Source: Sedimentisphaera cyanobacteriorum (lineage in GTDB: Bacteria; Planctomycetota; Phycisphaerae; Sedimentisphaerales; Sedimentisphaeraceae). Taken from it: a DNA stretch of 32,000 nucleotides. The position numbers and the translations under genes were made by a program. The notes beneath the pieces are model-generated. The model was not told the origin of the DNA. It worked only from the letters and a program-made list of their open reading frames with translations, and did not search any database. Below, one piece after another: positions 8,034 through 15,727 of the stretch. Location: contig NZ_CP019633.1 in assembly GCF_001997385.1 (NCBI RefSeq), positions 870,001-902,000 on the forward strand. The letters run 5' to 3'. Position 1 is the first letter of the stretch. Every line of letters starts with the position of its first letter.

Positions 8034-8666
8034 ATGAAAACTAAAATGATTATCACAGCGGCGTTTATTGGAATAGCCAATTTAGGCCAATGCGCTTTTA
8101 TAAGCGGGCAAAACTGAGCTGATGATGCAGTATCCTACAGCAGCGGGATACAGAATTATGGCGGAACGCCTTTAACCTCACAAAATGAATACTGGGTAAC
8201 CGGCATCAGCGACGCAGATCAAACCGGCAATATGAATGCTCATGATTTTGATGAAGGGGATTTGGATAATCTCGCAGGCTGGCGAGGTTCGGGAACAAAC
8301 CAGCATATAACAGTGAAATTCAATGAAGGAATTGAAAACCGCAAAGGCAATGATTTGGTTATCAGGTTTTATTGCGGTTCAGCCGCTCAGGCAGGCATTT
8401 CTTTAAGCAGGGATAACATCAATTGGTCAAATCTTGGAACAATCTCAGGGGCACCTCAGGAAGTTCCGGGCAAACCGGGCTTTTTGTATGATGCTGAGTT
8501 CGATTTTGAAAATGTCTTCTCCGGAACTGCATATTATGTGAAGGTTTCAAGGCAGTCAGCAGGCCCTAAAACAGGTATGTTTTTCGACTCTTTCGCATCC
8601 GTTCCTGAACCAGCAACTATGCTTTTCCTATCAGGCGGTCTTTTATTTATAAGAAGAAGAGTCTGA
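8034..8666 (+). pseudogene. PEP-CTERM secreted protein gene with one in-frame TGA (8115-8117): either a pseudogene or a readthrough-dependent CDS
   Basis: GGAG at 8021-8024 precedes the ATG at 8034, which encodes the signal peptide MKTKMIITAAFIGIANLGQCAFISGQN. A TGA follows, and the same frame then runs open into track ORF 8232-8666. The C-terminus VPEPATMLFLSGGLLFIRRRV is a classic PEP-CTERM sorting signal. The paralog at 9442 has TGG (Trp) at the TGA position. Confidence 0.6.
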
Positions 8667-8693
8667 AAATCTAAACAGCAAACGGGCAGTACA

Positions 8694-9425
8694 ATGAAAA
8701 AGAATAAACACACTGGATTTACTCTCATAGAGGTTCTAACAGTTCTCAGCATTGCCGCAATTATGACAGCTGTTCTTATACCCGCCCTAGCTCGGGCAAG
8801 GAAGCAGGCAAAATGCACGGTATGCCTTTCAAATCAAAGAAATATCGCAATGGCTTTAAGATTGTATATAGACAGCAACAACGGCTGGCTTCCCTCTGCA
8901 GAGCCCTATCCGGGCAAATACGGCAGTATTCCTCAGCACTGGTTTATGAATCCTGAGTTTGTCAGTTATCTCGACGTTGAACTGAGAAGGAATGATCAGG
9001 GCAATCTTCTCGGGCCGACTGAATCAAGAAGCGTTTTAACATGCCCTGCTCACAGGAACCCTGCCCGCACCAGGCACAGCCCGCCTGAATATCCCGAACG
9101 CAGCAAAGGCTATGGTCTGAGTTATGCCGCTAATGCTGCGATGGGTGTGTCTGGAAGGGCAAGTATGCCCACTGAATACAGAAAGGAAAGTGAGTTCCGC
9201 CGCCCTTCAGAGGCAATGATGTTCACTGATGCAAGCGGGACGCCGCATGTACCGGGTGTAGTGCTGTTTACAGGATGCCCCCGTGATAACTTTGCCTATA
9301 GGCACAGCGGAAAAGCAAATATCGTTTTCTTAGACCAGCACACAGAACAAATGAGTGAAAAGGAAATTCCGTTTTTCAACAGATTCAGCGAAAAACGTTT
9401 TGGAAAATTCTGGTATTCAAAATAA
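8694..9425 (+). CDS. Prepilin-type N-terminal cleavage/methylation domain protein, DUF1559 family (type II secretion pseudopilin-like)
   Basis: The N-terminus MKKNKHTGFTLIEVLTVLSIAAIMTAVLIPAL carries the G|FTLIE prepilin motif. The C-terminal RHSGKANIVFLDQH resembles the H-X9-DG block of DUF1559. Confidence 0.85.
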   Translation: MKKNKHTGFTLIEVLTVLSIAAIMTAVLIPALARARKQAKCTVCLSNQRNIAMALRLYIDSNNGWLPSAEPYPGKYGSIPQHWFMNPEFVSYLDVELRRNDQGNLLGPTESRSVLTCPAHRNPARTRHSPPEYPERSKGYGLSYAANAAMGVSGRASMPTEYRKESEFRRPSEAMMFTDASGTPHVPGVVLFTGCPRDNFAYRHSGKANIVFLDQHTEQMSEKEIPFFNRFSEKRFGKFWYSK

Positions 9426-9441
9426 AAATAAGAAAGGAATT

Positions 9442-10404
9442 ATGATGAGAAAAACCAAATTATTATCAGCCGCTATCTTTGTTATAGCAAGTTTTGCAAA
9501 CGGCAGATATATTCATGGAGTAAACTGGGCTGATGAAACAGTAAGCTGCACGAGCCGGATACAGAGCTGGGCAGACGGACAGTGCGGAGGGCCTGGACCG
9601 AATTTTATAAGCCTTCAAACCCCTCAAACCTCATGGTGGGTCCTCGGGCCCGCCGATGCAGATGGAAACTCAAATATGAAGGCTTGGGATTTTGACAAGG
9701 GAGACAGGGATTATGTCGCAGGATGGAGAGGCGGTTCACCCATAAACGCCGAGCAGGAAATTGTAGTGTTTTTTGAAAATGCACTTGAAGACAAAGCTGG
9801 CTCGGATTTGATTATAAGACTCTTCTGCGGACCTGCTGCCAAAGCCTCAGTTTACGTCAGTTCGGATTTGAGCAGTTTTGCTAAAGTGGGCGAAATTGAG
9901 GGCAGTCTCAATGGTGTACCGGGCAAAGGCGGCTTTTTGTATGATGCTGAATTTGACTTCAGTGAGAAGTATTCTGAGCCTGTGCATTATGTGAAAGTTT
10001 ACAGAGAAGTTACCGCTTCACAGTCCGGCATGTTCTTTGATTCATTCAGATCAGCACATACCAAGCTGCCGCAAACAAAAGCTGAAGTGATACATTACGG
10101 CTGGACAATCCTGCAAGATACAAACAGCGACTGCTATACTGATAATGTAGACTTTGCTCAATTAGCAGAAAGCTGGAAAATCTGTTACGACCCGCAGACA
10201 AGTGAATTCAGCCAATTACCTTTTGAAGACCCGAACTCAATCCCTTCCAGCTGCCACGGTGTATGGCAGGCAGGCTTTGGCATGGAAGCCGATATCAACA
10301 GAGACTGCACCGTAAATATCCAAGACCTGATTCTTTTCGCAGAGAAATTTTTAACGTGCACAGATCCGAGCAATGAGAATTGTATAAAACCATGGAAACT
10401 ATAA
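9442..10404 (+). CDS. Secreted protein: N-terminal domain paralogous to 8034-8666, plus two C-terminal Cys-containing dockerin/EF-hand-like repeats
   Basis: The track ORF starts at 9355 and overlaps the upstream gene. The ATG at 9442 has an AAGGA RBS and gives the signal peptide MMRKTKLLSAAIFVIASFANG. Blocks shared with the paralog: AGWRG, DL(I/V)IR(L/F)(F/Y)CG.AA, VPGK.GFLYDAEFDF, YVKV and GMFFDSF. Dockerin-like repeats: DTNSDCYTDNVDFAQLAESW and DINRDCTVNIQDLILFAEKF. Confidence 0.7.
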   Translation: MMRKTKLLSAAIFVIASFANGRYIHGVNWADETVSCTSRIQSWADGQCGGPGPNFISLQTPQTSWWVLGPADADGNSNMKAWDFDKGDRDYVAGWRGGSPINAEQEIVVFFENALEDKAGSDLIIRLFCGPAAKASVYVSSDLSSFAKVGEIEGSLNGVPGKGGFLYDAEFDFSEKYSEPVHYVKVYREVTASQSGMFFDSFRSAHTKLPQTKAEVIHYGWTILQDTNSDCYTDNVDFAQLAESWKICYDPQTSEFSQLPFEDPNSIPSSCHGVWQAGFGMEADINRDCTVNIQDLILFAEKFLTCTDPSNENCIKPWKL

Positions 10405-10424
10405 TTTATAAAGGGGAAAACAGT

Positions 10425-11102
10425 ATGACAAAGTTTGCAGTAAAACAAAAAACAGTGTTCCTTTCATTTGCATTGATGAGCCTTATTCTTCTTACAGGCT
10501 GCGATAAAGAAACTGAAAGTTCCGATAAAATTGTTGAGCTTATAAAGGGCTCAAAACCCCTCAAAGCAGCAGAAAAAGACGGCAGTATAAAAACAATCAC
10601 ACTTTATGAAGCTATGAAGACACATGAAGAGCATGAACATGCCTCTAACCCGTCAGAGCATCATCACAAACATAACAAGCTCAAACATTTCTGTCTTGGC
10701 ATTACAACAGGTTTCAAAGCAATCCAATTTGCAAACGCCAATTTCTCCCCCGATTCTTATCCGGCAAATGGCAAGCTATATATAAAAGTAAACGGGGCAA
10801 TGGACGGTGTCTGGGATATGTTTAGCATTTATGCAGGTGATAAACGTGAATTCAGCGGCAAAGATAAACCAATGAATCTTTCCAGTTTTACATTCAATGC
10901 AAAATATGAGGACAGTGAAGAGCAGCTTGAATTCCGACTCAAAGAGGGAATCATTCCGGACAAATTCTTCGAACTCAAAAATCAGGGCTTCGGCTGCGGA
11001 AACAAAGAACTGGGCAAAGCTAAAAATAAAGCACTGATAAAGATACTTAGCAGTCCTGCTCAGGAATGCTTTGAATTAGTAAGCAAAAGTAAATCTCAGT
11101 AG
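10425..11102 (+). CDS. Lipoprotein with a His-rich tract; possible FmdE-like fold
   Basis: The track ORF starts at 10380. The ATG at 10425 follows an AAGGGGA RBS and gives MTKFAVKQKTVFLSFALMSLILLTGC (lipobox LTGC). The His-rich tract is HEEHEHASNPSEHHHKHNKLKH. KHFCLGITTGFKAIQFA loosely resembles the FmdE-domain HxCxG motif; this fold assignment is weak. Confidence 0.6.
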   Translation: MTKFAVKQKTVFLSFALMSLILLTGCDKETESSDKIVELIKGSKPLKAAEKDGSIKTITLYEAMKTHEEHEHASNPSEHHHKHNKLKHFCLGITTGFKAIQFANANFSPDSYPANGKLYIKVNGAMDGVWDMFSIYAGDKREFSGKDKPMNLSSFTFNAKYEDSEEQLEFRLKEGIIPDKFFELKNQGFGCGNKELGKAKNKALIKILSSPAQECFELVSKSKSQ

Positions 11103-11161
11103 TATAAACTGCATATTATAAAAAAACAATCCTTTCATTTAAGTGTTACTCCTCATTCTCC

Positions 11162-11192
11162 GCCGGCGGCTGCGTCAGCTGCCGGCTTTTTT
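11162..11192 (+). terminator. Rho-independent terminator of the 8034-11102 cassette
   Basis: GCCGGCGGCT (11162-11171) pairs with AGCTGCCGGC (11177-11186), giving a 10-bp stem. One pair is a G-U wobble that pairs only on the plus-strand RNA. The loop is 5 nt and TTTTTT follows at 11187-11192. Confidence 0.6.
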
Positions 11193-11209
11193 ATATAAAA
11201 GCTTCGAAG

Positions 11210-11944
11210 TTAAACACTGAAATCTGATATGTCGGTAAGGGTAAGAGAGGCATATTTCATTTCATTATTCTCAAAGCTTACCGGGCTTGTTTCGGCTCGA
11301 TAAACTCTGCCCTTATAGTTCTTAATAAGATATGCAGTTTCATTTGCCTGAAATGTAATCTCCATAGGACAATGCGAGCATTTGGCTTTCCCGCCGCAGG
11401 TAACCTCGAAACAATTCCTCCCAACTGCCATATTAGGTGATAGCTCGAAAACCGAGGAAAACTCGAGGTTGCAGTATTTTATCACATAATTGCTGTCTAT
11501 AAGAGCTATGGGCTGCTTGATTGAGCGGAAAAGATTCTTAAACATCTTTTCTCTTTCGGAGAGGCTTTGCAGGAGTCTGAAATGTTCGAGCTGATTTTTA
11601 ACTCTTATTGTAAGTATCTCAGGTACGAAGGGCTTTGCTATATGGTCAACGCCCCCAACATCAAAGGCCTTTTTTATGTCTTTTATTTCGTCTCGGGCAC
11701 TGACAAAAATAATTGGAATTTCGCAAGTGCTTTTGTTGTCTTTCAGTATTCTGCATACCTCATACCCGTTCATTTTTGGCATCATAATATCCAGCAGAAT
11801 AATATCCGGCCTGTTCTGCTCAGCACAGGCAAGTCCTTCCTTTCCCGTTAAAGCAAGCATTACCTCATAACCGGCATTATTTATAACTGTAGCAGCTACC
11901 CTGAGATTATCAGGGATGTCATCTATGATCAATACTTTTGCCAT
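11210..11944 (-). CDS. Response regulator: receiver domain plus a C-terminal PAS-like domain with a four-Cys cluster
   Basis: REC motifs: IIDD, phospho-acceptor LLDIMMP, FVSA and AKP. The C-terminal ~110 aa have a PAS-like pattern (PIALIDSNYVIKYCN..F...F) and contain CFEVTCGGKAKCSHCP. Confidence 0.85.
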   Translation of the reverse strand: MAKVLIIDDIPDNLRVAATVINNAGYEVMLALTGKEGLACAEQNRPDIILLDIMMPKMNGYEVCRILKDNKSTCEIPIIFVSARDEIKDIKKAFDVGGVDHIAKPFVPEILTIRVKNQLEHFRLLQSLSEREKMFKNLFRSIKQPIALIDSNYVIKYCNLEFSSVFELSPNMAVGRNCFEVTCGGKAKCSHCPMEITFQANETAYLIKNYKGRVYRAETSPVSFENNEMKYASLTLTDISDFSV

Positions 11945-12075
11945 AAATTTCCTGAAGAGCCTTTAGCCTGATCTCAAAAATATACAAAATTTTCCTCTTT
12001 GAACCAATCTTAAATTGAACAAAAGGCTGGACTCTCATATTATGCTAATAAACTCTAAAAAGCAAGTTAAAAGAA

Positions 12076-12097
12076 GGGATGCCATGTGCGGCATCCC
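12076..12097 (-). terminator. GC-rich hairpin followed by a U-rich tract on the minus strand (second terminator or attenuator)
   Basis: GGGATGCC (12076-12083) and GGCATCCC (12090-12097) form a perfect 8-bp stem with a 6-nt loop. On the minus strand the hairpin is followed by TTCTTTTAAC. Confidence 0.35.
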
Positions 12098-12306
12098 AAA
12101 TAGAAGGGTTTTGGTGTTTTGAGCTTAATCAGCTTTTTAAAATTCCTATTGAAAAGGGAATAACTTATTTTAAAGTAATATTACACCTTCATCTTAACAA
12201 GTGCAAATATCCAGATTAATAATTTTATTCTAACTGCCTTGAATTTAATATCAAGCCGTTTTTATACTAAAATCTGTTTGTGTTTGAAGTATTTCGGCTT
12301 TTTTAA

Positions 12307-12340
12307 ACTAAAAAAGCGGCCTTATAAATTAAAGCCGCTT
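12307..12340 (-). terminator. Rho-independent terminator of the glmM / GlmU-like / TPR operon
   Basis: The minus-strand RNA reads AAGCGGCTTTA-ATTTA-TAAGGCCGCTT. This is an 11-bp stem with one U-G wobble that pairs only on the minus strand, a 5-nt loop, and a following T-run. It lies 26 nt downstream of the stop at 12366. Confidence 0.6.
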
Positions 12341-12365
12341 AGTTATTTCGAAATATATAAACTTA

Positions 12366-13199
12366 TCAGTTCTTCATTTTATCTTTCATCTGTTCGGAAG
12401 ATCGCGTTCTCTGAATATCTTTAATTCTCATTTCTGCAGTTTCTATATTTGAAGGGTAATCCTGCTCTTTCTTGAGAGCAAGCTCATAATAGCGAAGCGC
12501 CTCTGAACGCCTGCCAAGCTTTTTATCAAGAATGCTGGCAAGCTTAAAGCGTACAGGATATCCATCTATATCAGGATTCCATTGTACCGCCCTTTTATAG
12601 TAAAGACCAGCAAGCTTGTAATCCTTGAAGAATGAATATATCTGACCTGCCCTGTATGCGGCATCATCAACTTTATCGCTGTTGGGGTAATTTTCAATAA
12701 GCTCATTAAACATATTCAGAGCTTTCCTGAAACCGGGCGTATCCCCGATAAGAACGGTAAAACGCGTTTTGTTGTACAAATCGTTTGCCTTGTTGAATAG
12801 CTTGTCTGCCTCTGGAACTGAAACAAGGTTCTTGGCCTGTTTTGAAGATATCTCACCTGCAACAATAAACTTGTACTGAGGTGTATCTCCAATCATATCG
12901 AGCTCTCTCTTCGCCCAGTTGGATTTACGGTAGTTTCCGGTGTCCTCATAATAGTCCATGAGAGTCTTTAACGCCGCCACATATTCGCGTCTTTCCTGGG
13001 CCAGTTTTTCAACAAGATCAACTTCAGCGGCCTCAGGAGGGGCATCATAACTTTGCTGCTGGACCTCTGCCTCAGGTTCTGTTGTGTAAATAGAGCTGTA
13101 TCTTTTTTCTTCGCTGCATCCGGCTAAAGCAAATGCCAAAGCAAAAACTGAAACTAATAAGAATATACCGTTTTTCATAAGTAGGCCTTTCATATACAC
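12366..13199 (-). CDS. TPR-repeat outer-membrane lipoprotein (BamD/YbgF-like)
   Basis: Signal plus lipobox: MKNGIFLLVSVFALAFALAGC. The true start may be the Met at 13178. TPR-like helices are present (YPNSDKVDDAAYRAGQIY...YKLAGLYYKRAVQWNP, EALRYYELALK). Confidence 0.6.
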   Translation of the reverse strand: MYMKGLLMKNGIFLLVSVFALAFALAGCSEEKRYSSIYTTEPEAEVQQQSYDAPPEAAEVDLVEKLAQERREYVAALKTLMDYYEDTGNYRKSNWAKRELDMIGDTPQYKFIVAGEISSKQAKNLVSVPEADKLFNKANDLYNKTRFTVLIGDTPGFRKALNMFNELIENYPNSDKVDDAAYRAGQIYSFFKDYKLAGLYYKRAVQWNPDIDGYPVRFKLASILDKKLGRRSEALRYYELALKKEQDYPSNIETAEMRIKDIQRTRSSEQMKDKMKN

Positions 13200-13253
13200 G
13201 TTTAAACGCCAAATTGCAAATGTGTGTTTAGAGTACCAGAGAATTCTTTTAAG

Positions 13254-14297
13254 TCAAGAGTTAAATCTATCTTTTTTAATTACTTCGCCCGGTAAAGTTA
13301 CAACGCCCGGCCAGAGCTTTCTGCCCGGGTATATAAGCGTTCCGATGCCGGTTTTTACATTATCGCCTATGAATGCACCGAGCTTCCGCCTGCCCGTATC
13401 TAACTTTTCATCCTGCACAACAGTGGTATGATTGCCCCCGTCGTGTCGATAGTCTGCGGTTATAGTGCCCGCCCCGAAGTTGCAGTTTTCACCGAGTACA
13501 GAATGAGCTGCATAGCTGATATGCTTTGAGGTAAATCCGTCCATCAGCACAGAATCATATACCTCCATCCTGCCAGCTTGCACGCCTTTGCCTATTACCG
13601 TATCTTTACGAATATAAGCAAACGGGCCGATAACAGAGCCTGAATCAATAAATACAGGCCCTTCGATGTAAGTCCCGCTTTTGACAACTGCCCCTTCAGC
13701 TATATGAACATCGCCCTTGAGTACTACATTACCCTCTAATTCGCCTTCTATTTTCCTGCCCTTAATCCTCCGCACAAGCTCAACATTTGCTTCCAGATAA
13801 TTCCACGGATAACGCAAAGCAAGGCAGTAATCCTGAACTTCCAAAGGCTTGAGGCGTTTATCAAAGTCTGCGATTGAACAAACTTCTGCAGGGTCAAATG
13901 AATACGCATTTACCTCTTCTCCGTAAGAGGTGAGTTTTGCGTTTTTCTCATCTGCAAGCATCTGCATATCTTTTTTGCTGTATATTTTGTCGCACCTGAA
14001 TAAGAGCACCTGTCTTGTATCAACAAGGCTCCTGCTTATCTCAGTAAGACAGTCCTGCCATTTCGTGGAGGCTGTTATGAAGCGCACTTTAACGCCGTTA
14101 AACTCATGACCGAGCTTTTCGATTATTTTATCGGCCTCAAAACCTACAAAAACTATGTACTCCTCTGCCTCCCCGCAGGCAAGCAGATTATGCTCTATCA
14201 CAGTTTTATCAAGAGCCTTGAGCATTGCTGCGGGCCTGTTTACAGTATGCGGGCAGCACTCAGTGCTTTCCATTGCGGCATAGCAAACTACTTTCAT
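13254..14297 (-). CDS. GlmU-like / archaeal-type sugar-1-phosphate nucleotidyltransferase-acetyltransferase; intact left-handed beta-helix domain, degenerate N-terminal signature
   Basis: The C-terminal half has hexapeptide repeats very similar to archaeal bifunctional enzymes (VKSGTYIEGPVFI..GS.IGP.AYIR, NFGAGT, GRRKLGAFIGD.VKTGI). In the N-terminus, VVCYAAMESTECCPHTVNRPAAML replaces the usual LAAGxGxRL....RPK. The gene lies 10 nt downstream of glmM. Confidence 0.7.
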   Translation of the reverse strand: MKVVCYAAMESTECCPHTVNRPAAMLKALDKTVIEHNLLACGEAEEYIVFVGFEADKIIEKLGHEFNGVKVRFITASTKWQDCLTEISRSLVDTRQVLLFRCDKIYSKKDMQMLADEKNAKLTSYGEEVNAYSFDPAEVCSIADFDKRLKPLEVQDYCLALRYPWNYLEANVELVRRIKGRKIEGELEGNVVLKGDVHIAEGAVVKSGTYIEGPVFIDSGSVIGPFAYIRKDTVIGKGVQAGRMEVYDSVLMDGFTSKHISYAAHSVLGENCNFGAGTITADYRHDGGNHTTVVQDEKLDTGRRKLGAFIGDNVKTGIGTLIYPGRKLWPGVVTLPGEVIKKDRFNS

Positions 14298-14307
14298 TTT
14301 TTCTCCT

Positions 14308-15654
14308 TTAAGCTCCAGCAGCTATCACTTTTTTTGCTTCTTCGTTTATTTCTTCAAGCATCTGCCTGTCCGGGCCTTCAACCATAATCCTGCATACATT
14401 CTGCGTTCCCGAATACCGTACATAAAACCTGCCATTATCTCCAAGCCTTGATTCTGCCCTTTGCTTAAGCTCCGAGAAGCCCGAAATTTCTCCAAAAGGT
14501 CGTTTCTCGCTCACCTCGACCTTATCAATCACCTGGGGGAAAAGCTCTATTTGTCCGGCAAGCTCAGAGAGCGGCTTGCCTGATTCCTTAACCATACGGG
14601 CAAAGTGAACTGCGGCAAGTATCCCGTCGCCGGTTGTGTTGTAGTTTCCGAGTATGATATGCCCGCTCTTTTCTCCGCCGAGGCTGTAGTCGTTCTTGAG
14701 CATCTCTTCGATCACGTACCTGTCGCCGTTGGCAACTCTAACGGCAGAAATGCCGAGCTTTTTGAGCTCTGCATCTACAGCGAGATTTGTGTACTGAGTT
14801 ACAACAACGGTATCATTTTTGAGCCAACCCTTAGACTTATAATAAAGGGCAAGCAGAAAGATTGTTATATCCCCGTCAACAACGCTGCCATTCTCATCAA
14901 GCGTTATCAGGCGGTCGGCATCCCCGTCGAAGGTAAATCCGATATCCGCTTCGCTTTCCGCTACGAATTTGCTGGAGTTTTCCGGGTACATTGCCCCGCA
15001 GTCCTTGTTTATATTAGTCCCGCTTGGGGCATCATTCACAACAATCACATCTGATGCGAGGTTTTTGAATATATCTCCCGCTACAGGACTCGCAGCACCG
15101 TTTGCGCAGTCGAGTGCAACCTTCATATCTTTAAGACTGTCTCTTTCTGTTGTTAGAGCTATAAATTCTGAAAACTGAGGCTTAAAATCCTCGCAAACAA
15201 TCTTACCTACCGCTGCTCCTGTGATATGGGAGGTGTCCAGTGGGTCTTCCAGAATGAGTCTTTCAATCTCAAGCTCTTTCTCATCAGGCAGTTTAACACC
15301 CTTATTGGAGAAAAATTTTATTCCGTTATCCTCTGGCGGATTATGCGAGGCAGTTATCACGATCCCTGCGTCTGCATCTATCATCTTAGCCGCGACTGCC
15401 GCAGCAGGGGTAGGCATTACCCCTATAAGCCTTACTTCCGCCCCCATAGCGCAGAGTCCTGCGGAGATTGCCGCCTCCAGAACCACTCCTGAAGACCTTG
15501 TGTCCCTTGCTATCACAAATACAGGACGAGATTCCTCCCTGCGAAAAATCTTTGCCGCTGCCTTGCCCGTTTTTACTGCTGTTTCAACATCGAGAGGGTA
15601 TGCGTTTGCAAGTCCTCTTATCCCGTCTGTTCCAAAAAGTTTTCTTTCAGCCAT
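14308..15654 (-). CDS. glmM: Phosphoglucosamine mutase
   Basis: 448 aa. Motifs: FGTDGIRG, the active-site loop TASHNPPEDNGIKFF, FDGDADR and GGE.SGH. Confidence 0.92.
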   Translation of the reverse strand: MAERKLFGTDGIRGLANAYPLDVETAVKTGKAAAKIFRREESRPVFVIARDTRSSGVVLEAAISAGLCAMGAEVRLIGVMPTPAAAVAAKMIDADAGIVITASHNPPEDNGIKFFSNKGVKLPDEKELEIERLILEDPLDTSHITGAAVGKIVCEDFKPQFSEFIALTTERDSLKDMKVALDCANGAASPVAGDIFKNLASDVIVVNDAPSGTNINKDCGAMYPENSSKFVAESEADIGFTFDGDADRLITLDENGSVVDGDITIFLLALYYKSKGWLKNDTVVVTQYTNLAVDAELKKLGISAVRVANGDRYVIEEMLKNDYSLGGEKSGHIILGNYNTTGDGILAAVHFARMVKESGKPLSELAGQIELFPQVIDKVEVSEKRPFGEISGFSELKQRAESRLGDNGRFYVRYSGTQNVCRIMVEGPDRQMLEEINEEAKKVIAAGA

Positions 15655-15699
15655 TAGTTAATCCAACTCTTTTATTTAATATTCAAAGTCACGAGGCTG

Positions 15700-15727
15700 A
15701 TTATAATATATGCAAATAAGGAATCAA
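15700..15727 (-). promoter_or_regulatory. Candidate sigma70-type promoter for glmM
   Basis: The minus strand reads TTGATT (15727-15722), N16, TATAAT (15705-15700). It lies ~45 nt upstream of the glmM ATG. Confidence 0.35.

Noticed and set aside
8115-8117. TGA reassigned to an amino acid genome-wide (genetic code 4 or 25), or selenocysteine insertion at this codon
   Set aside because: TGA clearly terminates well-supported genes in this window: PTPS at 5018-5020, the sigma factor at 23982-23984, and the PEP-CTERM gene itself at 8664-8666. The paralog has Trp at this position, not Cys, and the protein is an exported structural-type protein. Sec is therefore unlikely despite the hairpin 12 nt downstream.
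12239-12424. 61-aa plus-strand ORF with a TTG start in the intergenic region
   Set aside because: It is AT-rich and low-complexity, spans the minus-strand terminator hairpin, overlaps the end of the TPR gene, and has no RBS.
14605-15719. Plus-strand ORFs antisense to glmM (14605-15054, 14969-15178, 15221-15661, 15226-15492, 15468-15719)
   Set aside because: They are fully overlapped by the high-confidence glmM gene on the other strand and show typical antisense-frame composition (Ser/Ala/Ile-rich).
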